Source: a virus (lineage: Duplodnaviria; Caudoviricetes). Taken from it: a stretch of 64,000 nucleotides of DNA. Numbering within the stretch: the first letter of the stretch is position 1; every line of letters begins with the position of its first letter. Made by a program: the position numbers and the translations under genes. Shown in pieces: positions 1 through 9,966 of the stretch. The DNA lies in the IMG/VR virus record IMGVR_UViG_3300021399_000009, positions 32,001 through 96,000 of that record; one strand, written 5' to 3'. Below the pieces are notes generated by a model. It saw nothing but the letters and a program-made list of their open reading frames with translations. It did not search any database and was not told the DNA's origin.

Positions 1-1
1 A

Positions 2-2836
2 ATTGATGATACTCTCAAATTATGCAATCTGACTTGGCAAGATGTAGACATTAACCATCTCGATTTAGCTGACAAAGAAGTGTTTGACAATGTATATAAA
101 CAGGGACACACAATAGGTATATTTCAAATGGAGAGTGCAGAAGCTCGTAAAATGTGCATTGAAGCACAGGCAGATAATATAGACGATATTATTGCTATCA
201 ATGCTGCTAATCGTCCAGCTACCAAAGATAGTTTTCCAACTTACTGTGAAAATAAATTACATCCAGAGAATGTAAAACTGATACACGAGGATTTGAGACA
301 GTTCTTTAGTAATACACAATATATACTTCTTTATCAAGAACAGGCATTGCAGTTGTTTAGATATGCTGGTTTCCCTGAGAGCGAAGTAGATAATGCGAGA
401 AGATGTGTGGACGAAAATACTCTTGTTACTATGAGCAATGGAGACATTAAAAAAATCAAAGACATAAACGTAGGCGACAATGTTATGTGCTATGATGAAG
501 TAAATAACAAAATGACTTATAAATCTGTTGCAAATGTTTTTGATAATGGCGAAAAAGAGTGTTTTAAAATTTCTACGAAACAGGACGAAGAAATAATTGC
601 TACTGCTAACCATAAAGTGTTGACACAAGATGGATGGAAGGAAGTTAAAGACCTTACACTAAATGACTATATTATGAAACCCAAGACTTACCACGCTTAT
701 AAAGACAACATTCCATCTAATAAAAAACCAAGTAATGACTTAATGTATTTAATCGGTCTGCTTATTGGAGATGGTACGTTAGGAGATAAAAATTCTATTA
801 AATTTACCAATTCAGAACACGAACTAATTAACAAATTTAAGAGCATAGTTGAAGCAATGCTTCCTCATAGTCGTAATTGCGAGTTTTACGAAAGAAAAGT
901 TGATGGAGTTGAAGTTGATTATGTTTACACTGTAAGCATTAAGACTCCTAATTTTAAGCATAAGTTAGAAAATGTCTGCGAAAAATACGATTTGCTTCAC
1001 AAAGCGAATAGCAAAAATATATCTTGCTTTATGGATTATCCTGCGAGTGGACTGATACAACATCTTTTAGCTGGATTATTTAATACTGATGGTGGCTACT
1101 GTATGTCAAGAAACGCTATTGAATATCATACAATAAGCGAGACTTTGGCATATCAAATTAGTGCGTTGCTGTTAAAGTTTAGAATAAATAATTATGTTTT
1201 GTCAAAAACGGTTTCAGAATATGATTATAAAGTCTATTCCATAGAAATACAAAACACGACAGCTCTCGAAAGGTTTGATAGATATATAAATAAATACGTT
1301 ATTGGTCGTAAGCATCAAGAGTTTTCTGCTATGATTACCGCTTCTAAATTAAAAAAAGAAAGTCTTGATTATTTATATGTTCTTCCAAATAAATATTCTT
1401 CTGAAATAAGAAACAATATTGCTTTAAATGGCATAAGCTATTGTGAATTATCTAAAGACATATATAATGGAGAGCAAGAACTAAAAGTTGTAAATGGTTG
1501 CGGAATTACAGACAAAAAAGCATCTGCAATTATAAGTCAAATATATTGTCCAGAAACATATAAAATGCTGACTGCTGAATATTACCCTGTTAAAATAAAG
1601 TCGATAAAAACAGCAGGAGTAAAACACGTTTATGACATTGAAGTTTCTGAATGTCATAACTATATTGCAAATAATTTGATTGTTCATAACTGTATTGGTA
1701 AAAAATTAGCAGATAAAATGGCTCAACTTCAAACAGATTTTACAAAGGGTTTGGCAAATAAGAATTGGACAGAAGAACAAATAAACTCTATATGGGATTT
1801 ACTTTTAAAGCAATCTACATATTCTTTTAACAAAGGTCATTCAACAGCATATGGACTACTATCTTATCTTACTGCTTATTTAAAGACACATTATCCAGTA
1901 GAGTTTATGACTGCACTTCTCACCTCCAGAAGCGATAAGATAGAGAAGATAAGTGCAACGATTGATGATTGTCGTAGAATGAACATTCAAGTTTGTCCTC
2001 CTAACGTAAACAAATCAGACGGTCAATTTACAGTAGTTCCAAATGAAAATAAAATATTATTTGGGTTGCTTGGCATTAAAGGGCTTGGCGAATCGGTGGT
2101 TGATGAAATAATAAAAAATAGACCATACAAAAACTTTGATGACTTTACTTCTAAAATTACAAATACGTCTGCTATCGTTACACTTATTAAGTCAGGAGCT
2201 ATTCCTACTAAAAATAAAATGTCTTTGCTGAGAAAGTACGCAGAAAAGATTAACCCCATATCAGAATATTCACCAGTTTCTACACTTCCTACATACAAGA
2301 AACTTGAAGAAATGGGAATTGACGTTGATTCCTTTAGAGAGGGTAAAAAGGTAGATAAAGAAAGACTTCTTGTAAAATATAATTTGATAAGAAAGAAAGC
2401 ACATTATGAGCAGCAAAACATTAAACACCACAAAGCTATAAATGAATTTAGAGAGAAGTACGCACAGGACGAATTTTTATGGGAGTTCCAAACTTTATCA
2501 ATGTTTTTGTCTAATGACCCACTACTTGAAAGTAAGCAATATATTAGTAGTCAATGGCAGACTGCTGAAACTGGAAGTCTTGTATTAATATGTTGCGTTA
2601 TTACTGATATAAAAAAGAAGAAGGATAAGAACGGAAATCAGTTCGCCTACCTTGATTTATATACTTCTGATGGTATGGTTGAAGCTACGATTTGGTCAAG
2701 TCAACTTAAAAAATATGCTGATATAGTCAAGAAATCCTCTTGTGTAATAATCAAAGCAAGAAAAAATGACGGTTACTTTGTAGATGAAATGAAACTATAC
2801 TCTCAGTGGCTAAGTGAAAGGAAACTAAAGAAATGA
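2..2836 (+). CDS. dnaE: DNA polymerase III alpha subunit (5'-truncated at window edge), intein-containing
   Basis: Frame is open from position 2. Motifs IFQMES, NRP, LYQEQ, RR|CIGKK, YSFNKGHS.AY, LKTHYPVEF, PPNVNKS and IKGLG are present, with a C-terminal OB fold. Confidence 0.95.
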   Translation: MDDTLKLCNLTWQDVDINHLDLADKEVFDNVYKQGHTIGIFQMESAEARKMCIEAQADNIDDIIAINAANRPATKDSFPTYCENKLHPENVKLIHEDLRQFFSNTQYILLYQEQALQLFRYAGFPESEVDNARRCVDENTLVTMSNGDIKKIKDINVGDNVMCYDEVNNKMTYKSVANVFDNGEKECFKISTKQDEEIIATANHKVLTQDGWKEVKDLTLNDYIMKPKTYHAYKDNIPSNKKPSNDLMYLIGLLIGDGTLGDKNSIKFTNSEHELINKFKSIVEAMLPHSRNCEFYERKVDGVEVDYVYTVSIKTPNFKHKLENVCEKYDLLHKANSKNISCFMDYPASGLIQHLLAGLFNTDGGYCMSRNAIEYHTISETLAYQISALLLKFRINNYVLSKTVSEYDYKVYSIEIQNTTALERFDRYINKYVIGRKHQEFSAMITASKLKKESLDYLYVLPNKYSSEIRNNIALNGISYCELSKDIYNGEQELKVVNGCGITDKKASAIISQIYCPETYKMLTAEYYPVKIKSIKTAGVKHVYDIEVSECHNYIANNLIVHNCIGKKLADKMAQLQTDFTKGLANKNWTEEQINSIWDLLLKQSTYSFNKGHSTAYGLLSYLTAYLKTHYPVEFMTALLTSRSDKIEKISATIDDCRRMNIQVCPPNVNKSDGQFTVVPNENKILFGLLGIKGLGESVVDEIIKNRPYKNFDDFTSKITNTSAIVTLIKSGAIPTKNKMSLLRKYAEKINPISEYSPVSTLPTYKKLEEMGIDVDSFREGKKVDKERLLVKYNLIRKKAHYEQQNIKHHKAINEFREKYAQDEFLWEFQTLSMFLSNDPLLESKQYISSQWQTAETGSLVLICCVITDIKKKKDKNGNQFAYLDLYTSDGMVEATIWSSQLKKYADIVKKSSCVIIKARKNDGYFVDEMKLYSQWLSERKLKK
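404..1690 (+). mobile_element. Intein (429 aa) with LAGLIDADG homing endonuclease in DnaE
   Basis: Starts CVDENT, has block B ATANHKVLT and motifs LIGLLIGDG and LLAGLFNTDG, and ends IVHN followed by Cys. Removing it restores ARR-CIGKK. Confidence 0.95.
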
Positions 2837-5800
2837 GTGAAGAATATACATTTGAATTAACTCCTGATTATGAAATGTTTTATAGTGACAGTTCATCTTT
2901 TGGAGTTTACAAGTTCAATACAAAATCAGAGTTGCCCCATTTAACGGGCAATCCTGATTTGTTTGACCATACCGTAACATACTCTGGTGTTTTGTCTGGA
3001 CGTATGCAGAAACTTTATCTCGGAGATACATATAACGTGGTAGCGAAACCAGTGTATAATAAAAAGTATAGTAATTGGCAGTATGAGCCTATTAGTATAC
3101 AGGCTGCTATTCCAAAATCAGAAGAACAGCAGAGAGCGTTTTTAAGGTCTATCCTTACAGAAAAGCAAACAGATACACTTATGGATGTATATCCCAATAT
3201 CGTTGAAGATATTATGGACGGTAAAGATGATGTAGACTTGTCTAAGCTTAATGGCATAGGCGAGACTACCTATGGTATTATCAAAAAGAAAATAATTGAT
3301 AACTATGTAATCTCAGATATACTTGCTATGCTTCAACCTTTGGGGGTAACAATCAGAACAATTAAATCGCTTGAAAAATGGGAGGCGAATCCCGTACTGC
3401 TAAAGAAACAGCTTATGCAAAACCCATATATTCTTACAAAGATTAGGGGGTTTGGTTTTAAAAAAGTTGATACGCTTGCACTTAAAATAAATCCTGAGAG
3501 CAAATGTTCAAGAGAAAGATTGGAGGCATATATTGTATATTATCTCCAAGAAGTAGGCGAGAGCTATGGTCACACTTGGGTAACAATAGACACACTTAAA
3601 AGCAATGTAAGAGATAATGTAATTGAGTGTATTGATTTATTTGATAAGTATATTGACGATGACCAAGTAAAAGAAAATCCTTTGCTTGAAGTAGGCGAAG
3701 GCAACAAGATAGGTCTTAAAAGATACTACAATGTGGAAGAATATATTTTTAATAAGGTAACAGAGATGAAAAATATTGAGCCTATTGCCGTAACAGAAGA
3801 TAATATTAACGATGGACTCAAAGAAGCAGAAGATAAACAGGGGTTTGAGCTTACAGAAGAACAGAGAGATGTTGTGATAAATAGTTTTAAAAACAATATT
3901 ACTATTATTTCGGGCAAAGCAGGATGTGTTGATTGCGATACTGAGTTCTTTAACGGTACTGAGTGGAAGAAAATTTCAGAATATAAAGATGGAGAAAAAG
4001 TCCTGCAATACAACGAAGATGGTACGGCAGAGCTGGTTTATCCGATAAATTATATAAAACAGAAATCTGATTATTTATGGCATTTTTCAACTAAATATGG
4101 GCTTGACCAGTGTTTGTCTGATAAACATAATTGTTATTGGGTATCACAAAAGGGAAAAACATATCTTACACCCTTTAGAGAAATAAGAGAAAAACAACAG
4201 GATAATAACACTGGGTTTTACGGCAGATTTCCAACAACCTTTAAATATAATGGAGTCGGAATCTCATTGACTGATAATCAGATTAGACTTATGGTTGCTG
4301 TTTTTGCAGATGGTTCATTTAATTATCACACTTGGTCTGACAATACATACACTAAAGCAAGGTTTCATATAAAAAAAGATAGAAAAAAGGAACGGTTAAT
4401 TGAGCTTGCCAAAAAGTGTGGATATGAGTATTCAACTTCTCCAAGTGCAGCAGATGGATATTTGGATATATATATTAGAGATCCGTTTAGGTGCAAGCAT
4501 TTCCCAAGTGAATGGTATAACTGCACACAAGAACAATTAAAGATAATTGCAGATGAAATTGTATATTGGGATTGCGACTACAACAGAAAAAATCGGTTTT
4601 CAACAACGTGTAAAAAGGATGCTGATTTTATTCAATTTGTATTTAGTTCTATTGGTATACGAGCAACTATTGCTAAACAAGACCGCAGAGGCAAAAAGCA
4701 TTTTACAGACGGAAAGGAATACGAAAGAAAAACTATTGATTATGAAGTCTCTTGGACTAATCGAACACTCGTGGGAATGTGTGCAGATTTTCGTTCTAAC
4801 CATTCAAAAACTCAGATTCAACAATATAAAACAAAAGATGGATATGAGTATTGTTTTACTGTTCCTTCTCATTTACTTGTTTTAAGAAGAAATGACAAGA
4901 TTTTTATTACAGGCAATTGTGGTAAAACGGCATCGGTTCGTTCAATCCTTACTATCTACTCCAAAGCTGGTTATCAGATAGGTTGTTGTGCCTTGTCTGC
5001 CAAAGCTGCTATGGTCATCAGAGAATCAACAGGATTCCCAGCAACAACAATTCACCGTATGCTTGGTTGTCAGGGAGCAAATAAGTTTAAATACAGTAAA
5101 GATAATCCATTACCATTTAATGTATTATTTATAGATGAAGGTTCTATGATTAGTGCAGATATATTCTATCTTATATTCCAAGCTATTAAGCCACAGACCA
5201 AACTAATAATATGTGGTGATAATGGTCAGCTCCCTCCAATTGGATATGGCAATATATTTAATGATTTGCTTGATATGCGAGAATATCTTAATAGCTATGA
5301 GTTGACTAAGGTCATGAGGCAAGCTGCCGATTCTGGTATTACAAGTGATGCTAATGTGATTCGTGCTGGGAGCAATCCAATTGATAAACCTGAGTTAAAG
5401 ATAGTAACAGGCAAACTTAAAGATATGACATATATGTTCCGTGACGATAGAGAAGTTCTTAATAAGCTGGCTATTAAAGCTTATATGGGAGCTATAAAGA
5501 CCTACGGAGTTGATGACGTTCTGATAGGTGTACCTCGTAAGAAAGACTGTGTAAATAGCACAGGACGTATCAATGAAGCTATACAAGAGTTATTGTTACC
5601 CGATGAAACTCGTATGATTACATATGGCACTCGCAGATATAAGCTTGGAGCTAAAGTTATTCAGAAGGTAAACAACTATGAAAAGAATGTATTTAATGGT
5701 GATGTAGGTTATATTACAGATATATCAACTACAATGAGAGATGGTCAGAAAATGAATACGTTTGCTGTTGAATACAGGTCTGGCGAAGATACAAAGACCA

Positions 5801-6069
5801 TTGAATATGAACAGGGAGAGATTGACCAGATTGACCTTGCATATGCTATGACAATACACTCATTGCAAGGTTCTGGCTATAAGGCTGTCATTATTGTAAT
5901 TGATAATACGCACTTTGCGTTACTTGATAATTGCTTGCTTTATACTGCTATAACAAGAGCGAAGAAGAAATGTTTACTTCTTGCAGAGCCTTATGCTTTT
6001 AAGAAATGTATATCCGAAAACAAGACTGCAAAACGTCAAACGTGGTTTGAAAATTTTATTCCGTTTTAA
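2833..6069 (+). CDS. recD2: RecD2-like SF1 helicase, intein-containing
   Basis: NPY..GFGFKKVD HhH region, split Walker A GKAG|CGKT, IDEGSM, GDNGQLPPIG, VMRQA, YAMTIHSLQGS, LYTAITRAKK. Confidence 0.93.
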   Translation: MSEEYTFELTPDYEMFYSDSSSFGVYKFNTKSELPHLTGNPDLFDHTVTYSGVLSGRMQKLYLGDTYNVVAKPVYNKKYSNWQYEPISIQAAIPKSEEQQRAFLRSILTEKQTDTLMDVYPNIVEDIMDGKDDVDLSKLNGIGETTYGIIKKKIIDNYVISDILAMLQPLGVTIRTIKSLEKWEANPVLLKKQLMQNPYILTKIRGFGFKKVDTLALKINPESKCSRERLEAYIVYYLQEVGESYGHTWVTIDTLKSNVRDNVIECIDLFDKYIDDDQVKENPLLEVGEGNKIGLKRYYNVEEYIFNKVTEMKNIEPIAVTEDNINDGLKEAEDKQGFELTEEQRDVVINSFKNNITIISGKAGCVDCDTEFFNGTEWKKISEYKDGEKVLQYNEDGTAELVYPINYIKQKSDYLWHFSTKYGLDQCLSDKHNCYWVSQKGKTYLTPFREIREKQQDNNTGFYGRFPTTFKYNGVGISLTDNQIRLMVAVFADGSFNYHTWSDNTYTKARFHIKKDRKKERLIELAKKCGYEYSTSPSAADGYLDIYIRDPFRCKHFPSEWYNCTQEQLKIIADEIVYWDCDYNRKNRFSTTCKKDADFIQFVFSSIGIRATIAKQDRRGKKHFTDGKEYERKTIDYEVSWTNRTLVGMCADFRSNHSKTQIQQYKTKDGYEYCFTVPSHLLVLRRNDKIFITGNCGKTASVRSILTIYSKAGYQIGCCALSAKAAMVIRESTGFPATTIHRMLGCQGANKFKYSKDNPLPFNVLFIDEGSMISADIFYLIFQAIKPQTKLIICGDNGQLPPIGYGNIFNDLLDMREYLNSYELTKVMRQAADSGITSDANVIRAGSNPIDKPELKIVTGKLKDMTYMFRDDREVLNKLAIKAYMGAIKTYGVDDVLIGVPRKKDCVNSTGRINEAIQELLLPDETRMITYGTRRYKLGAKVIQKVNNYEKNVFNGDVGYITDISTTMRDGQKMNTFAVEYRSGEDTKTIEYEQGEIDQIDLAYAMTIHSLQGSGYKAVIIVIDNTHFALLDNCLLYTAITRAKKKCLLLAEPYAFKKCISENKTAKRQTWFENFIPF
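3925..4917 (+). mobile_element. Intein (331 aa) in the RecD2 Walker A motif
   Basis: Starts CVDCDTEF, has LAGLIDADG-like LMVAVFADGS and block F YCFTVPSH, and ends FITGN followed by Cys. Removing it restores GKAGCGKT. Confidence 0.92.
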
Positions 6070-6081
6070 TCAAAAAAGGTA

Positions 6082-6110
6082 TTGACAAAGTATAAATCAT
6101 ATAGTATAAT
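6082..6110 (+). promoter_or_regulatory. sigA-type promoter P1
   Basis: TTGACA (6082-6087), 17-bp spacer, TATAAT (6105-6110): perfect consensus in an intergenic gap. Confidence 0.9.
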
Positions 6111-6174
6111 ATAGTTGTGGCACTGATAGTGCTACAACTATATCTTTATAAAGTAAAAATCGTATAGGAGGAAG

Positions 6175-6402
6175 ATGATAACATTGATAGTTGCATTGTC
6201 TATTATGGCTACCATTGCCAGTCTTGCTGGTAATATTTTGATTGCTTGTTCTAAAAGGTCAGGTTGGATTACTTGGATTGTAGGGAATATCCTTTGGATA
6301 GAAGTAAACTTCCTTGATACTATGAATGTTCCTATGGTTTGTATGTATGTAGTCTATATGGTTATTAACATCGTAGGATTTGTAAAATGGAGAAAGAGGT
6401 GA
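6175..6402 (+). CDS. PnuC-like small membrane protein
   Basis: Three hydrophobic segments, W..WIVGN.LW and G...W.K patterns, AGGAGG RBS. Confidence 0.6.
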   Translation: MITLIVALSIMATIASLAGNILIACSKRSGWITWIVGNILWIEVNFLDTMNVPMVCMYVVYMVINIVGFVKWRKR

Positions 6403-6407
6403 TTTGA

Positions 6408-7571
6408 TTGTTTAAAATTAACGACAAAGTGAGAGTTATTAATCAAAGAAAAATAAGAAACTACGAAGATACTTATGGTAAAGAAGGACTTGTCGCCTAC
6501 ATTAACTCAACCAGATATGGAGTTGATTTTCCCGATATTAAAAACCCATCAAGTGGTTACGGACGATATTATTTTGAGGAAGGTGAACTTGAATTGGTCG
6601 AAAGTAAAATCCCTACGCTTGAAGAAATCACGCAGAGAGGACTGACTTGCGTAATTCATACATCAAACAGAGAAGATGCTATGTGCGTTGTGAGTAAAAT
6701 ACCTTCGTCAAGCTCATATGTAACAGGCGATGAGTGGTTGGAGTATTGGGGCAGATATAAAGAAAATACTTGTTATTATATCGTAGACGGTGCAATAGAG
6801 GCTTATAACAAGAAGAGTTATTTTGAGAATAACGAAGATTATATAAGAGAGATTCCATATATAATCTATGAGTTTTCAGACCTGTTTGCCACTGACGGTA
6901 CGGTAAACATTCACGATTTGCCGTTAACTGAGTTATTTGAAAGAGAATATAATGCAACATGGATTGATAAAAAGGAGGAAAAGAAAATGCCAACATTTAC
7001 AATTACAGAAGGAACAAGAACAAGAAAACCCTACGAAAAGGACAAGCCTAAGACAATCGAGACAATATCTACAACAGTAAGAACAGAGTGTGGTCAAGCA
7101 ACAACTACTTGTGATAAGTCTGACTATTACGACATTTATACAGGCACACTCGTAGCTGCTGCAAAGATTACTGCACAGCAGAGCGAAGAAGCAATGCTTC
7201 TATATAAGACTGCCATAGATATGTGGGGTAACGAGATGTGCTTCTCAATTCTCAAAGCTCTTGCTAATCGTGCTTTTGCTAATGAAAAGTTCGATTGGGC
7301 TTATAAGAAGTGGCGTAAGGCTGTTGCTTACGAAGAAAGACAGAAAGATACTAAAGCTCGTACTTGCTCTGTGTGCGGTAAGGTATTTAAAACCGTTGAA
7401 GAAGCAAGAGCACACGAGAAGTGGCATGAGGATTGCAGAACTCGTAAGATTGAGCGTAGAGTAGCAAAGCGTAGAATTGCAAGAGCAGAGCGTGAAGGAA
7501 GAATTACAGAATATATAACTGAGATTTTGGAGGAAAGAAAGAAGAACGATGAAAAGAAAAATGAAGAATAA
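6408..7571 (+). CDS. Hypothetical protein with C-terminal C2H2 zinc finger; possible internal start at 6987
   Basis: 387-aa ORF containing CSVCGKVF...HEKWH. AGGAGG lies upstream of the in-frame ATG at 6987. Confidence 0.75.
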   Translation: MFKINDKVRVINQRKIRNYEDTYGKEGLVAYINSTRYGVDFPDIKNPSSGYGRYYFEEGELELVESKIPTLEEITQRGLTCVIHTSNREDAMCVVSKIPSSSSYVTGDEWLEYWGRYKENTCYYIVDGAIEAYNKKSYFENNEDYIREIPYIIYEFSDLFATDGTVNIHDLPLTELFEREYNATWIDKKEEKKMPTFTITEGTRTRKPYEKDKPKTIETISTTVRTECGQATTTCDKSDYYDIYTGTLVAAAKITAQQSEEAMLLYKTAIDMWGNEMCFSILKALANRAFANEKFDWAYKKWRKAVAYEERQKDTKARTCSVCGKVFKTVEEARAHEKWHEDCRTRKIERRVAKRRIARAEREGRITEYITEILEERKKNDEKKNEE

Positions 7572-7893
7572 AATCCGTACTTGGTTAATTCGTAAGTTGG
7601 GTGGGTTTACAGAACAGGAATATAATGTAACTGAGGTTAAGACTGTTCGCCCTGAGATTCTTCCTTTGGAAGTGAATCAATTTGTAGATAAAAGACGTTT
7701 TGAATATATGCAAGAAGTAGGATTTGATTCACTTCATAATATGCTTGCTAACGAAATAGGACATTACATTGTAAACAATTTGTTGTATTATGAACTATTT
7801 GAAGAAACACATCAGATATGTGATGGTATAAACTTCAAATGGCGTGTATGGCTATTAAATCCAAAAGACATGAAGGAGACTGTTAATGCTTAA
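7561..7893 (+). CDS. Hypothetical phage protein
   Basis: ORF in a tightly packed operon. Confidence 0.65.
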   Translation: MKNKIRTWLIRKLGGFTEQEYNVTEVKTVRPEILPLEVNQFVDKRRFEYMQEVGFDSLHNMLANEIGHYIVNNLLYYELFEETHQICDGINFKWRVWLLNPKDMKETVNA

Positions 7894-8140
7894 AGAGTTT
7901 AAAGATAAACCAGTAAACGGCAATTACATACTTCTTGATATAGTAGGAGATATAAACAATCCTACGCTATTAACTCCAAAAGAAAACTGGACTGCCAAAG
8001 ATGTAACCAATGTTAATTGCACTGTTTATAACACAAAGACTGATAGAATGTCTACTAAGTCTGCTTATCTCAATTTAAAGACCAAAAGACTCTATCTCAA
8101 ATCTAAAGATGGTAGGCTGTATCTTGACGAGTTTAAGTGA
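7886..8140 (+). CDS. Hypothetical phage protein
   Basis: AGGAG RBS, overlapping operon. Confidence 0.7.
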   Translation: MLKEFKDKPVNGNYILLDIVGDINNPTLLTPKENWTAKDVTNVNCTVYNTKTDRMSTKSAYLNLKTKRLYLKSKDGRLYLDEFK

Positions 8141-8150
8141 GGTGAAAAAT

Positions 8151-8381
8151 ATGAAAATAGAACTATCTGACGAACTTTTTACCATGCTGTACTTTGGCAC
8201 ACGAAATGTTCGAGTAATAAGAAAAGCATTAAATGAAGCCGAAGATGCTATCAATGCATATCTTGAACCAGAGGACGGTACAACGAAATCCTTATATATT
8301 ATAAGCCCAGATGGGACTCGTTTTAAAGTTGAATATGGTGCGAAGATTGAAAACTTTGCAATCACTCCGTTTGTAGAGTGA
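8151..8381 (+). CDS. Hypothetical phage protein
   Basis: GAGGTG RBS before ATG 8151. Confidence 0.7.
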   Translation: MKIELSDELFTMLYFGTRNVRVIRKALNEAEDAINAYLEPEDGTTKSLYIISPDGTRFKVEYGAKIENFAITPFVE

Positions 8382-8390
8382 GGTGATGTT

Positions 8391-8684
8391 GTGGGCTTTG
8401 AATTAAATGGCTTTATTAAAGGCGTTCTCTACAATAAAGATGGAACAGTTGACTATGTGTTTGATGATGCCAAACTCGATGAAGTCATTGCTCCGTTTGA
8501 GAATGAAGCTGACGCAGAAAGAAATCAGGATAAGACGTTGTTTCTGCCAAGCTCAAAAGACCTTGAAGTCTCTTTTGAATCTGCCGATATTAGTGAAGAT
8601 ATTCTATATCTGTTAGGAGTTCTTCGCTGGTATGATTGGTGGAACAGGGATAGCGTTGAATATAATTTTGAGGTGAGTAAATGA
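8391..8684 (+). CDS. Hypothetical acidic phage protein
   Basis: GAGGTG RBS, GTG start. Confidence 0.65.
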   Translation: MGFELNGFIKGVLYNKDGTVDYVFDDAKLDEVIAPFENEADAERNQDKTLFLPSSKDLEVSFESADISEDILYLLGVLRWYDWWNRDSVEYNFEVSK

Positions 8685-8962
8685 CAACTGTTAAAGATTA
8701 CTTTAATCACGAAATCCATAAGGGAGATATACTTCTTTATAATCAAAAAGCATCAAAAGGTTATTATTCCTCGTTCACCGAGGGTGTTGTAGTGAACGTA
8801 ATAGGCAATGGCAAAATAGAAGTTTGTGGGATTGATGACTTGGACAAATACAAAAATGAAAATCGTGGTCAATGGGCTTCATATTACACAGACCGTAAGT
8901 ATGGTCGTAATACAGTAAATCTTACAGCTTTAGGGATAAGAGAAAGGGCTGAGTTAAATTAA
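8681..8962 (+). CDS. Hypothetical protein (D..EI..GD N-terminal motif)
   Basis: GAGGTG RBS; N-terminus resembles that of 9314-9721. Confidence 0.7.
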   Translation: MTTVKDYFNHEIHKGDILLYNQKASKGYYSSFTEGVVVNVIGNGKIEVCGIDDLDKYKNENRGQWASYYTDRKYGRNTVNLTALGIRERAELN

Positions 8963-8976
8963 AGGAGGAGAACGAA

Positions 8977-9309
8977 ATGATTTGTATTTTAAACCCTACG
9001 CTTGATTCTGTAATAATTAATCTTAAATCATTAAAACAAAAGGCAGCATATGATTGTTTTGGTTGGAAGCTCATTGAGATTCCAGTCCCACCTTATGAAC
9101 TTAAAATTGCTGTTTCAAATAATATTGAATTATCTTATATACTTGACACATACAAAGTAGAGCAAATTGGAATTGCCGCATATCCTGATGAAATTGAGTT
9201 CATTAAAGAGGATAAAGGACAGATTATAATTAAATTTGTTTCGGAAGGTAAGTTGCTTCAATTTATAGGTGAGATTAAAAAAGATAATGACAATTATCCT
9301 GCGAGGTGA
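8977..9309 (+). CDS. Hypothetical phage protein
   Basis: AGGAGG RBS. Confidence 0.7.
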   Translation: MICILNPTLDSVIINLKSLKQKAAYDCFGWKLIEIPVPPYELKIAVSNNIELSYILDTYKVEQIGIAAYPDEIEFIKEDKGQIIIKFVSEGKLLQFIGEIKKDNDNYPAR

Positions 9310-9313
9310 TGAT

Positions 9314-9721
9314 ATGACAGACTTCTTTGGTAAAGAAATCCAGATAGGAGATAGGTGCATAAGATACAATGGCAGTATTGGAGGTTTAGAAGAAGTCATT
9401 GTACTTGGAGAAGATAATAAGGGTTTAAAAATACTAAACTATCTTGATAAAGAAGTGTACACAACAGGAACAGAACACAAGTTGTTTAACCTATCCGCTT
9501 TTGAAAGACAAATGCACTCAGAGACTTTTATCAATTCCGTAAAGGCTCTTGATGTGAAACCTGATAGTATAGTAATCGCATCGCTAATTCCTAATCAATT
9601 ACCTATGGATAATGCCGAAAGTATGTACAAGCTAATGAAGAAAATGTTTCCAGATAACAAGGTTGGACTTGTTATGGGGCTTGATATTACAATTGAAAAT
9701 AGCAGGAGTGATAATAAATGA
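9314..9721 (+). CDS. Hypothetical protein (DFFGKEIQIGD N-terminus)
   Basis: GAGGTG RBS before ATG 9314. Confidence 0.7.
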   Translation: MTDFFGKEIQIGDRCIRYNGSIGGLEEVIVLGEDNKGLKILNYLDKEVYTTGTEHKLFNLSAFERQMHSETFINSVKALDVKPDSIVIASLIPNQLPMDNAESMYKLMKKMFPDNKVGLVMGLDITIENSRSDNK

Positions 9722-9966
9722 TTAACAAGAAATCTTGGAGTGAGTTTAGAACAAGCGGAATGTTGTGGTTTGTGAATATGATACTACATACATTTGGGTG
9801 GGCTTTAGTTGTAGACGTTGATGACGATGATAATGTAACAAGTTGTTATCCTGCAAGAGTAAAGTTTAGAGGATTCAATGTCAATTCTAATACTAAGGGA
9901 TATATTGCTGTCAGCGAATATCTTAAAAATAATATTAATGACATATTAGAAGAAGCTAAGAATTGA
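9718..9966 (+). CDS. Hypothetical phage protein
   Basis: AGGAG RBS; ATGA overlap with the previous gene. Confidence 0.7.
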   Translation: MINKKSWSEFRTSGMLWFVNMILHTFGWALVVDVDDDDNVTSCYPARVKFRGFNVNSNTKGYIAVSEYLKNNINDILEEAKN

